Source of the DNA: Thermomicrobiales bacterium
GTDB lineage: Bacteria; Chloroflexota; Chloroflexia; Thermomicrobiales; CFX8
Reading direction: 5' to 3'
Assembly: GCA_039810005.1 (NCBI GenBank)
Contig: JBDHWD010000006.1
Coordinates: forward strand, 707-64,706
Length of the DNA stretch: 64,000 nucleotides
Below the pieces are notes generated by a model. It ran no database searches and was not told where the DNA came from. It saw only the letters and a list, made by a program, of their open reading frames with translations. Shown piece after piece: positions 1 to 7,832 of the stretch (positions are counted from its first letter, which is position 1; every line of letters begins with the position of its first letter). Made by a program: the position numbers and the translations under genes.

Positions 1-216
1 CTGATGGTATGATTACGCGGTTCGCGGGAAACCGCGACAATAGTTTGGCGTTGATCGGGAGTAGTAGACCGAACGCAGCGAGTCGCCGGTGGTGTGAGGC
101 GGCAACGCGGTCGAACTCGCCCGGGAGCCGTGGACGTGAATGCAGCCGCAGTAGCGTCCGCCGGTTAGCCTCCGTTAGCAGGCCACCAAGCGGGCCAGCC
201 TCACGCATATCATCAT

Positions 217-292
217 GGGGCTGTAGCTCATCCGGGAGAGCGCAACACTGGCAGTGTTGAGGTACGGGGTTCGAGTCCCCGCAGCTCCACCA
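217..292 (+). tRNA. tRNA-Ala (anticodon GGC), CCA encoded
   Basis: 76-nt cloverleaf. Acceptor GGGGCUG/CAGCUCC with G3:U70 (Ala identity pair). D arm GCUC-AUCCGGGA-GAGC. Anticodon arm CAACA-CUGGCAG-UGUUG (U33, GGC, A37). Variable loop AGGUA. T arm CGGGG-UUCGAGU-CCCCG. Discriminator A289, CCA 290-292. Confidence 0.92.
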
Positions 293-338
293 TATGGATG
301 ACGCGGGACTGGCCAAGCAGGGTGGTACCGCGGAAGCC

Positions 339-381
339 GAGCCTTTCGTCCCTGACCGGACGGAAGGCTCGTTGTTTTTCT
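339..381 (+). terminator. Intrinsic terminator of the T-box leader
   Basis: 13-bp stem GAGCCUUUCGUCC(339-351)/GGACGGAAGGCUC(358-370) with one G:U and a 6-nt loop, followed by GUUGUUUUUCU. The 5' arm is shared with the antiterminator. Confidence 0.85.
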
Positions 382-597
382 CGCTGTCGGCAGGACGACG
401 AGGTTCTGGGAGGCGGGGCGACGAGATGCCCGGATTCACGCGCGGTAGATCTCCCACGGGGCAGGCGACCGCTCGCCCCGGCATTGTCGTGTGCATGGCC
501 CGGCGCGCCGGGTTCCTTGCCGGGCCGCTCGGGCACAACTCCCGCGCGGCGAGCATGTTTCTCCAACGCTGATGCCTCACCGAGAAAGGGACCCGAG

Positions 598-3408
598 ATG
601 ACAACGACCAGACCGACGACTGAAAGCACCGGCCGCGCCACGAGGTCCGGACGGGGTAACCCGTTTGAGATGGAGATGAAGTGGCGGAAAGTCTGGGAGG
701 AATCCGGGCTGTACCGCACCGATCTGGAGGACACCTCCCGGCCGAAGTGGTACGCGGTCACGATGTATCCGTATCCCAGCGGCGATCTGCATATCGGCCA
801 CTGGTACGCGATGACCCCTTCCGACACCGCCGCGCGCTATCGCCGCATGCGTGGCTACAATGTGTGCTTCCCGATGGGCTTCGATGCTTTCGGCCTGCCG
901 GCCGAGAACGCCGCGATCAAGCGCAATATTCACCCGACGACGTGGACGCTGTCGAACATCGAGAACATGCGCGAGCAGATGCGCAGCATGGGCACGATGT
1001 TCGATTGGGATCGCGAGGTCGTTACCTGCCTGCCGGAGTACTACAAGTGGAACCAGTGGTTCTTCCTGAAGTTCCTGGAACAGGACCTCGCCTACCGGAA
1101 GAAACAGAACGTCTGGTGGTGTCCGAATGACCAGACAGTGCTGGCCAACGAGCAGGTCGTCGACGGTAAATGCGAGCGGTGCGGCGCAGAGGTGTACCAG
1201 CGCCAGATGGAGCAGTGGTTCTTCCGCATCACCAAGTACGCCGACGAGCTGCTGGAATATCCCGGCGTTGAGTGGCCCGAGAGCGGCAAGATCATGCAGC
1301 GCAACTGGATCGGCCGCTCCGAGGGCGCGCGGGTAACCTTCACCACCGAGCAGGGCGACCCGATCGAGGTGTTCACCACCCGGCCGGATACGCTGTGGGG
1401 CGCGACCGCGATGGTCCTGGCACCCGAGCATCCGCTGGTCGATACCCTGACGACCGACGAGCAGCGCGAGGCCGTGGAGGCCTACCGCCAGCAGACGGCC
1501 CGCGAGTCGGAGATCGATCGGCAGTCCACCGAGAAGGAGAAGACCGGCGTCTTCACCGGCGGCTACGCGACCAACCCGGTCAACGGGGAGCGCGTGCCGG
1601 TCTGGATCGCTGATTACGTCCTGATCACCTACGGCACCGGCGCGATCATGTCCGTCCCGGCCCATGACGACCGCGACTTCGCCTTCGCACTGAAGTTCGG
1701 CCTGCCGATCATCCCGGTCATTCGCCGTCTGGATGGTCAGGTACGGGCTGTTGTGCCGTTTGACGCGGTGAGCGACCGCGCCAACTTCCAGCACGCGCTG
1801 GGAACGATGGCGATTACCGCGACCGAAGCTGATGGCGAGTTCCACGTGTCGCTTGGCGGCCACCAGGTAGATGATTTCGTGGCGATGGTCCGCTCTTCGC
1901 TGGCGCCAGGGCACTGGGTTGCCTACGCCGGTGCGCGCAATGGCTTCATCTTCGCCGACACGTCGATCGAGCTGGACAGCGTCGCTGCCGACCGCGAGAT
2001 CGTTGAGCGCACGGGCGCAGGCCGGACAGCGATGGAGATCCTGCACAACGTGCCGTTCTTCGTCGCCGAGCCGGATGTCACGTTCCATAGCGACTACGGC
2101 ACGATGATGAACTCCGGCGAGCTTTCCGGCACACGCGGCGATGCCGCGATCGCGACGACCATCGACTGGCTGGTCGAGCGCGGAGTCGGGACTGCTGAAG
2201 TGACCTACCGGCTGCGCGACTGGCTGATTTCACGCCAGCGTTACTGGGGCACGCCGTTCCCGATCGTCTATTGCGATACGTGCGGTATCGTGCCGGTCCC
2301 CGAGGAGGACCTGCCGGTTGTCCTGCCGGACGACTCGCAGTTCAGCCCGACCGGCGAGTCGCCGCTGAAATCCGACGAGCGTTTCATCCACACGACCTGC
2401 CCATCCTGCGGCGGGCCGGGTCGGCGCGAGACTGACACCATGGACACCTTCATGGACTCGTCGTGGTACTGGTATCGCTACCTGACACCGCACAAGGACG
2501 ATGGCCCGATCGACGTCGATCTGGTGCGCCGCTGGACGCCAGTCGACCAGTACACCGGCGGCGTCGAGCACATGACGATGCACCTGCTGTACGCGCGCTT
2601 CTTCACCAAGGCGATGCGCGACATGGGGATGCTCGACTTCGACGAGCCGTTCCTGCGCCTGTACAACCAGGGCATCATCCTGGGCGAAGACTCAGAGAAG
2701 ATGTCCAAGAGCCGCGGCAACGTCGTCGATCCTGACGAGCTGGTCGGTGAGCTGGGCGCAGATACCGTTCGGCTGTTCCTGATGTTCCTGGGTCCCTGGA
2801 ATCTGGGCGGTCCGTGGAACTCGCGCGGCATTGCCGGCCCGCAGCGCTTCCTGGATCGCGTCTGGATGGTCGTGACCGAGACAGCAGGCAATCCGGCTGA
2901 GGCCCGTGAGGACGACGCTACTCGCCACCTGCGCCGCATCACCCACCAGACGATTCGCGCTGTCACTCGCGATATCGAGTCGTTCTCGTTCAATACGATG
3001 GTTGCCCACCTGATGGAATTCGTGAACGAGCTGATGCGCCAGAAGGACAGCGATGTCGCCAGTACTGCCGCCTGGCGTGAGGCGATCGAAACGCTACCGC
3101 TGCTGCTGGCCCCGGGCGCGCCGTACATCAGCGAAGAGCTGTGGAGCCGGCTGGGCAAGCCATTCTCGGTTCACACGCAGGCATGGCCAGAGTGGGACGA
3201 AGCACTCGCAGCCGAAGACACGATCGAGATCGCCGTTCAGGTAAACGGTAAGGTCCGCGGCCACGTCAGCCTGCCGCCAGATGTCGACCAGGCAGCCGCG
3301 CTCGATGCAGCGCGCGCCAGCGACCGTGTCGCTGAACACCTGGCCGGAAAGACGGTTGTCAAGGAGATCTACGTTCCCGGTCGACTGATCAACTTTGTTG
3401 TGAAGTAG
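598..3408 (+). CDS. leuS: Leucyl-tRNA synthetase
   Basis: HIGH motif (DLHIGHWY), KMSKS, CP1 editing block TTRPDTLWGATAMVLAPEHP, and RLRDWLISRQRYWGTPFP. ATG 598 is chosen because codons 298-597 of the long ORF overlap the tRNA and the T-box terminator. An alternative start is ATG 670 (MEMKW). Confidence 0.95.
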   Translation: MTTTRPTTESTGRATRSGRGNPFEMEMKWRKVWEESGLYRTDLEDTSRPKWYAVTMYPYPSGDLHIGHWYAMTPSDTAARYRRMRGYNVCFPMGFDAFGLPAENAAIKRNIHPTTWTLSNIENMREQMRSMGTMFDWDREVVTCLPEYYKWNQWFFLKFLEQDLAYRKKQNVWWCPNDQTVLANEQVVDGKCERCGAEVYQRQMEQWFFRITKYADELLEYPGVEWPESGKIMQRNWIGRSEGARVTFTTEQGDPIEVFTTRPDTLWGATAMVLAPEHPLVDTLTTDEQREAVEAYRQQTARESEIDRQSTEKEKTGVFTGGYATNPVNGERVPVWIADYVLITYGTGAIMSVPAHDDRDFAFALKFGLPIIPVIRRLDGQVRAVVPFDAVSDRANFQHALGTMAITATEADGEFHVSLGGHQVDDFVAMVRSSLAPGHWVAYAGARNGFIFADTSIELDSVAADREIVERTGAGRTAMEILHNVPFFVAEPDVTFHSDYGTMMNSGELSGTRGDAAIATTIDWLVERGVGTAEVTYRLRDWLISRQRYWGTPFPIVYCDTCGIVPVPEEDLPVVLPDDSQFSPTGESPLKSDERFIHTTCPSCGGPGRRETDTMDTFMDSSWYWYRYLTPHKDDGPIDVDLVRRWTPVDQYTGGVEHMTMHLLYARFFTKAMRDMGMLDFDEPFLRLYNQGIILGEDSEKMSKSRGNVVDPDELVGELGADTVRLFLMFLGPWNLGGPWNSRGIAGPQRFLDRVWMVVTETAGNPAEAREDDATRHLRRITHQTIRAVTRDIESFSFNTMVAHLMEFVNELMRQKDSDVASTAAWREAIETLPLLLAPGAPYISEELWSRLGKPFSVHTQAWPEWDEALAAEDTIEIAVQVNGKVRGHVSLPPDVDQAAALDAARASDRVAEHLAGKTVVKEIYVPGRLINFVVK

Positions 3409-3410
3409 GG

Positions 3411-3450
3411 AACCTCACTCCCCTGCCCCCTCTCCCGCCGGGAGAGGGGG
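3411..3450 (-). repeat. GC-rich hairpin-plus-tail repeat element (copy 1, inverted)
   Basis: 11-bp stem CCCCCTCTCCC(3426-3436)/GGGAGAGGGGG(3440-3450). The adjacent tail reads CAGGGGAGTGAGGTT on the minus strand. Same family as 3502-3541 and 44213-44249. Confidence 0.8.
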
Positions 3451-3501
3451 AGTCATGTAGATGGCGTATTAGTTGCCAACAGCAATCGCACAAGTCAAAC
3501 G

Positions 3502-3541
3502 CCCCCTCTCCCCGCGGGAGAGGGGGTTGGGGGGTGAGGTC
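3502..3541 (+). repeat. GC-rich hairpin-plus-tail repeat element (copy 2)
   Basis: 11-bp stem CCCCCTCTCCC(3502-3512)/GGGAGAGGGGG(3516-3526) and tail TTGGGGGGTGAGGT. It lies between the convergent leuS and acs stops and probably acts as a terminator. Confidence 0.8.
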
Positions 3542-3543
3542 TC

Positions 3544-5469
3544 CTATTCCTCCAGCGTCGTCAGGTCGCCGGGATCGACGCCGAGCTCTTCGGCTTTGAG
3601 CAGGCGGCGCATGATCTTGCCGGAGCGTGTCTTGGGCAGGCGTTCGCGGAACTCGATTTCGGCCGGGGTGGCGATTGGTCCGCAGATGCGGCGGACGTGT
3701 TCGGCGAGCGCGGCACGCACCTCGTCGGTCGGTGCGTTGCCGACACGCAGCGTGACGAATGCCTTGACCGCCTGACCCTTCACCTCGTCCGGCTTGCCGA
3801 TGACCGCCGCCTCGGCTACCTGAGGGTGGCTGACCAGCGCGCTCTCGACCTCGGCCGTCCCGATTCGATGGCCAGCGACGTTGATCACATCGTCGGCACG
3901 ACCGAGGACGGTGATGTAGCCGTCATCGTCGCGCATCGCGACATCACCAGACGTATACGCTCCCGGCACGATTGACCAGTCGCGCACATACCGCTCGGGA
4001 TCGTTATAGACAGTGCGATACATGTGCGGGAACGGCTGGCGCAGGATGAGTAGTCCGCCAACGCCATCTGCCACCGGATTCCCCGCTCGATCGACGACAT
4101 CGGCGACGACCCCTGCTAGCGCCTTGCCGGCCGATCCGGGCTTGGTTGCCATGGCGGGAAGCGTCGCGATCGTCGGGCCGCCAAGCTCGGTCTGCCACCA
4201 GTTGTCGATCAGCCAGGCGTGGTCGCCGTTGCTGCACAGCTCTCGGTATGCCCAACGCCAAGCCTCGGGGTTCAGCGGCTCACCGGCACAGGTCACCAGG
4301 CGGAGCGAGCGCAGGTTGTAGCGCGCCGGTGCGTCATCGCCAAACTTCATCAGCATCCGGATCGCCGTCGGCGCGGTGAACAGCACCGAGACACCGTACT
4401 TCTCGATGACCTCATAGATGATGGCGGAGTGCGGGAAATCTGGCGACCCTTCGCGGAAGACGGTTGTTGCGCCGAGGACGAGCGGCGCGTAGACGATGTA
4501 CGAGTGCCCAACGACCCAGCCGATGTCCGACATGCACCAGAAGACGTCGTCCTCCTTGATGTCCCAGAACGTCTGCAGGTGGTAGGTCGTCCCGACCATG
4601 TAGCCGCCGTGGACGTGAACAACCCCCTTCGGTCGTCCTGTCGTGCCGGACGTGTACAGAACGTAGAGTGGATGTTCGGCGTCGACCGGCTCGGCGCGGC
4701 AGTCGGGGCTGGCGTTGTTCAACAGAGCGTAGAAATCATCCTCGCGCGGATCTGTCAGCTCGACAGCCGGCGTTTCGCGCCGCCAGACGATGATGTGGCG
4801 TACCTGCTCCAGCCCGGTGATGGCGTCATCCACCATCGGCTTGAGTGGCACCGGCTTGCCGCGGCGATAGCCAACGTCGGCTGTCACCACGACGCGCGCC
4901 TCGGCATCGACGATGCGATCCCGCAATGCTCCAACGCCGAGACCGGCGTAGACGACGCTGTGGATCGCGCCGATCCGCGCGCAGGCCAGCATCGCGATGA
5001 TGCCCTCCAGTGACAGCGGCATGTAGATGACCACGCGGTCGCCGATTGAGACACCTCGCGAACGCAGGACATTGGCGAAGCGGTTCACCTGCCGCGCCAG
5101 CTGGCGGTAGGTCACGACTCGCTCACTGCCGTCCTCGCCGAGCGCGATGTAGGCGACCTTATTGGCGCGTGGTCCGCTCGCGTGGCGGTCGAGCGCATTG
5201 ACCGTGATGTTCACCTGCGCCCCGTCGAACCAGCGGTAGTGCGGGTGCTCGCCGGACATGACCGAGCTCCACGGTCGGAACCACTCGAAGTCGTTCGCGA
5301 CCTCAGCCCAGAACGCTTCCAGATCGGCGGCGGCGCGTGCGAACTCTGCCTCGGGGTCGGGCACGGTAGCCGCTGCGCGAGTATGCGCGGGCGGTTGAAT
5401 CCGCTCATCCTCGCTCAGGACACTTTCAATTTCCATCGGCTCGTCGTGCGGGCTCTGATTCCGTTGCAT
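3544..5469 (-). CDS. acs: Acetyl-CoA synthetase (AMP-forming)
   Basis: 641 aa. Motifs YTSGTTGRPKGV, WWQTELGG and SGKIMRRLL, with a typical Acs length and N-terminal region. Confidence 0.9.
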   Translation of the reverse strand: MQRNQSPHDEPMEIESVLSEDERIQPPAHTRAAATVPDPEAEFARAAADLEAFWAEVANDFEWFRPWSSVMSGEHPHYRWFDGAQVNITVNALDRHASGPRANKVAYIALGEDGSERVVTYRQLARQVNRFANVLRSRGVSIGDRVVIYMPLSLEGIIAMLACARIGAIHSVVYAGLGVGALRDRIVDAEARVVVTADVGYRRGKPVPLKPMVDDAITGLEQVRHIIVWRRETPAVELTDPREDDFYALLNNASPDCRAEPVDAEHPLYVLYTSGTTGRPKGVVHVHGGYMVGTTYHLQTFWDIKEDDVFWCMSDIGWVVGHSYIVYAPLVLGATTVFREGSPDFPHSAIIYEVIEKYGVSVLFTAPTAIRMLMKFGDDAPARYNLRSLRLVTCAGEPLNPEAWRWAYRELCSNGDHAWLIDNWWQTELGGPTIATLPAMATKPGSAGKALAGVVADVVDRAGNPVADGVGGLLILRQPFPHMYRTVYNDPERYVRDWSIVPGAYTSGDVAMRDDDGYITVLGRADDVINVAGHRIGTAEVESALVSHPQVAEAAVIGKPDEVKGQAVKAFVTLRVGNAPTDEVRAALAEHVRRICGPIATPAEIEFRERLPKTRSGKIMRRLLKAEELGVDPGDLTTLEE

Positions 5470-5803
5470 CGCTCATCATCGTCTCTGTTGGTGCAAGTGG
5501 TTTGGTGCGACAGGATATGGGAGATGGTTGGCACGTGACAACAGCCGGGTGCGCAATGGGATGCGAGTTTGCGTGTTCGCGCGGCGTGTCACGCAGGGGT
5601 GAACGTCGTTGGCGACGTGCTTTTGGGTGAGGCACGTGGGAAGTTCTGAGGTCCGACGCTACCTCCCTATTATTGCGGACTGTAATAAGCGGGCCGTTTC
5701 GCGCGTTCTATTATCGTTTTCGGCCGAAAACTGAAATAGCGTCGCCAACAGGTGGCCACGGATATGGAGCTCGGCACGCAGCGACGTGGCGGCCAACCCG
5801 GCC

Positions 5804-5828
5804 GGGTGTATGCATTTCGCCCCTACAT
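5804..5828. repeat. Degenerate copy of the GGGCGTATGCAATACGCCCCTACAT palindromic repeat
   Basis: GGGTGTATGCATTTCGCCCCTACAT matches 22 of 25 positions of the repeat at 43999-44024. Confidence 0.6.
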
Positions 5829-5837
5829 TGCGGCCCC

Positions 5838-6770
5838 CTACAACGACGCGCGCTGGTGCGGGTCCATCAGGTCGCGGAGGCCGTCGCCGACGAAGTTGAT
5901 CGAGAGCGCCGTGATGAAGATGGCCAGGCCCGGCAGCGTCGGCAGCCAGATGTCGCTCCACGAGAACATGAACGCCTGCGACTCCTGCAGCATGTAACCC
6001 CAACTGGGTGTCGGCGGCTGGATGCCGAGGCCGAGGAAGCTGAGGAACGCCTCCGAGATGATGAGTCGCGCGACCTGTACAGTACCGATGACGATGATTG
6101 CGTTCACCAGATTCGGCATGATGTGCCGAGCCATCAGCCGCAGGTTGCTGACGCCGAGCACACGCCCGGCGTGGATGTAATCCAGCGACTTGATGCGCTC
6201 GACCTCAAACTTCACGACCCGCGTGTAGATCGGCCATGCGCCGATCCCGAGGACAAGAACAACGTTCGTGAAGCTCGCGCCAAGCACGGATATGACCGCT
6301 AGCGCGAGCAGAATGAACGGGAACGTCATCATCACGTTGACGAGTGTCGAGATGACGGCATCAATCCGACCGCCGAAAAAGCCGGCCATCACACCGAGCG
6401 CGATGCCGATTGCGCCGGATAGCAGCGTTGCCAATAAGCCGACGGCCAGTGCGATCCGGGTGCCATACATCAGGCGCGTGGCGTAGTCGCGGCCGATGCC
6501 ATCCGTGCCGAGCGGGTGCGACCAGCTGCCGCCCTGCCAGATTGGCGGCTGGAGACGATCCACGGTGCGTCCTTCTTCTGGCGTGTACGGCGACAGGATC
6601 GGCGCGGCAGCAGCGATAAAGACCAGTATGAGCAGGATAACGCCGCCGATAACTGACATCCTGAGCTTCCAGGCAGCCTGCAGGACCGAGCGCAGCGTGC
6701 GCTGACGCAGGCGCTGCTGAGAGAAGGCGGAATTAACAGAATCCTGCGTGGCGGAGCCGACCGATGCCAT
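5838..6770 (-). CDS. ABC transporter permease, DppC/OppC type
   Basis: 310 aa, multi-TM. BPD-transport EAA-like region (SLDYIHAGRVLGVSNLRLMARHIMPN). The N-terminal OppC-type helix is followed by a loop with PLGTDGIGRD. Confidence 0.85.
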   Translation of the reverse strand: MASVGSATQDSVNSAFSQQRLRQRTLRSVLQAAWKLRMSVIGGVILLILVFIAAAAPILSPYTPEEGRTVDRLQPPIWQGGSWSHPLGTDGIGRDYATRLMYGTRIALAVGLLATLLSGAIGIALGVMAGFFGGRIDAVISTLVNVMMTFPFILLALAVISVLGASFTNVVLVLGIGAWPIYTRVVKFEVERIKSLDYIHAGRVLGVSNLRLMARHIMPNLVNAIIVIGTVQVARLIISEAFLSFLGLGIQPPTPSWGYMLQESQAFMFSWSDIWLPTLPGLAIFITALSINFVGDGLRDLMDPHQRASL

Positions 6771-6828
6771 GAACCCTCCAACTGCTGTCGCCGATCAAGG
6801 TCGTTCGACAGACCCACTGCCGGTGCTG

Positions 6829-7758
6829 CTACTGGCGCAAACGTGGATCGATGAACCCGACGACAATATCGACAGACAGATTGACCAGGCTGATGATGAT
6901 CGCAAGTGTGACGACAGCCGCCTGCGTAACCGGAAAATCAGCATTTCGAATCGAGTCGATGGCCAGCAGCCCAACCCCCGGCCAGGCAAAGACCGACTCA
7001 GTGATGACCGCGCCACCGAGGAGTTGGCCGAATTGCAGACCGAGTACCGTGATGACCGGGATCATCGTGTTGCGGAAGGCGTGGCGACTGAGCACGACCC
7101 GCTCACTCAGGCCCTTTGCCCGCGCGGTGCGGACATAGTCCTGCGTCAGCGCGTCGAGCATGCCGGACCGCACCAGTCGTTCGGTGACCGGCGCGAGGAA
7201 GACACCCAGAACGACAGTCGGCAGAATCAGATGCTTGAGTCGATCAATGCCCATCTCGCCATAGCCGGATGGCGGCAACCATTTCAGGTTCACGCCGAAG
7301 ACAATGATGAGCATCAGGCCGAGCCAGAAGATCGGCATCGCCTGACCGGCAACGACGAACAGCGTCGACAGGTTGTCCCAGAGCGTGTAGCGCTTGTAGG
7401 CGGAGAGGATGCCCATCGGGATGGCGATGACGGTCGCCAGGATCGTACCCGCGACGGTCAGGAGCAGCGTGGCCGGCATGCGCTCCATCACCAGCGACAG
7501 GGCTGAGCGCTCTGTGCGGAATGAGTTCCCGAAATCGCCGCGGACCGCGCTGGACAGGAAATCGGCGTACTGTATGTACAGCGGCCTGTTGAAGCCCATT
7601 TCCTCGCGGAAGATCTCGCGCTGCTCGTAGGGGGTCTCCGGCGGCAGCAGGACGTTGACCGGGTCCCCGATCATGTTCGTGATGATGAACACGATGACCG
7701 AGATACCAAAGACCGCGATCAGCATCTGGATCACGCGGTGCATGACATATGCGCCCAT
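6829..7758 (-). CDS. ABC transporter permease, DppB/OppB type
   Basis: 309 aa. Starts MGAYVMHRVIQMLIAVFGISVIVF. Contains DYVRTARAKGLSERVVLSRHAFRN, typical of DppB. Confidence 0.85.
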   Translation of the reverse strand: MGAYVMHRVIQMLIAVFGISVIVFIITNMIGDPVNVLLPPETPYEQREIFREEMGFNRPLYIQYADFLSSAVRGDFGNSFRTERSALSLVMERMPATLLLTVAGTILATVIAIPMGILSAYKRYTLWDNLSTLFVVAGQAMPIFWLGLMLIIVFGVNLKWLPPSGYGEMGIDRLKHLILPTVVLGVFLAPVTERLVRSGMLDALTQDYVRTARAKGLSERVVLSRHAFRNTMIPVITVLGLQFGQLLGGAVITESVFAWPGVGLLAIDSIRNADFPVTQAAVVTLAIIISLVNLSVDIVVGFIDPRLRQ

Positions 7759-7832
7759 TGGCGAGAGCCTCTCCAGGGATGGCTGACGACCGGTTGTTGA
7801 CCGGGCCGCCAGCCATCCCGGCTGGAATCGGT

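Larger units (their letters stand above)
47..381 (+). promoter_or_regulatory. T-box riboswitch leader (Leu specifier CUC) attenuating leuS transcription
   Basis: Stem I: GGC(47-49)/GCC(127-129). K-turn strands GUUGAU(50-55) and GGA(124-126). CGGG(56-59)/CCCG(120-123). Specifier loop AGUAGUA(60-66) opposite GAA-CUC-G(113-119). GACCG(67-71)/CGGUC(108-112). AG bulge AGCGAG(77-82) and distal loop 88-97. Stem II: GGACG(132-136)/CGUCC(155-159) with a UGAA/GUAG internal loop. F-box CCGUUA(172-177). T-box core AGGGUGGUACCGCG(319-332) with a UGGU bulge. The antiterminator (318-354) overlaps the terminator (339-381). Confidence 0.85.

Noticed and set aside
16-36. A 7-bp hairpin CGCGGTT/AACCGCG upstream of the T-box.
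   Set aside because: It is at the window edge, short and without a clear U tract. I cannot tell whether it is an upstream terminator or part of the leader.
116-121. GCC (Ala codon, complementary to the embedded tRNA anticodon GGC) directly follows CUC in the specifier region. This could make it an Ala-specific T-box.
   Set aside because: C120-C121 are needed for the CGGG/CCCG helix below the specifier loop. GCC would be followed by a pyrimidine instead of the conserved purine. CUC-G fits the canonical register and the downstream leuS.
9-260. An 83-aa ORF on the plus strand at the window start.
   Set aside because: It lies entirely over T-box Stem I/II and the tRNA-Ala gene. The open frame is a by-product of high GC.
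298-597. The first 100 codons of the 1036-aa leuS ORF (start 298).
   Set aside because: This stretch overlaps the end of the tRNA, the T-box core and the intrinsic terminator. It has no LeuRS similarity. The real start is downstream (ATG 598, possibly 670).
382-597. The 216-nt gap between the T-box terminator and the leuS start. I looked for a second regulatory RNA.
   Set aside because: Only GC-rich palindromes are visible (for example CCCGGCGCGCCGGG at 499-512). No recognisable riboswitch motif, so nothing can be supported.
577-2088. A 503-aa ORF antisense to leuS.
   Set aside because: It is Arg/Ala/Gly-rich, has no motifs, and is fully antisense to a strongly supported gene. This is a typical high-GC shadow ORF.
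5716-5731. A perfect 16-bp palindrome GTTTTCGGCCGAAAAC between the ABC operon end and acs.
   Set aside because: It is too short and lacks a flanking U tract, so I cannot call it a terminator. No known operator consensus was recognised.
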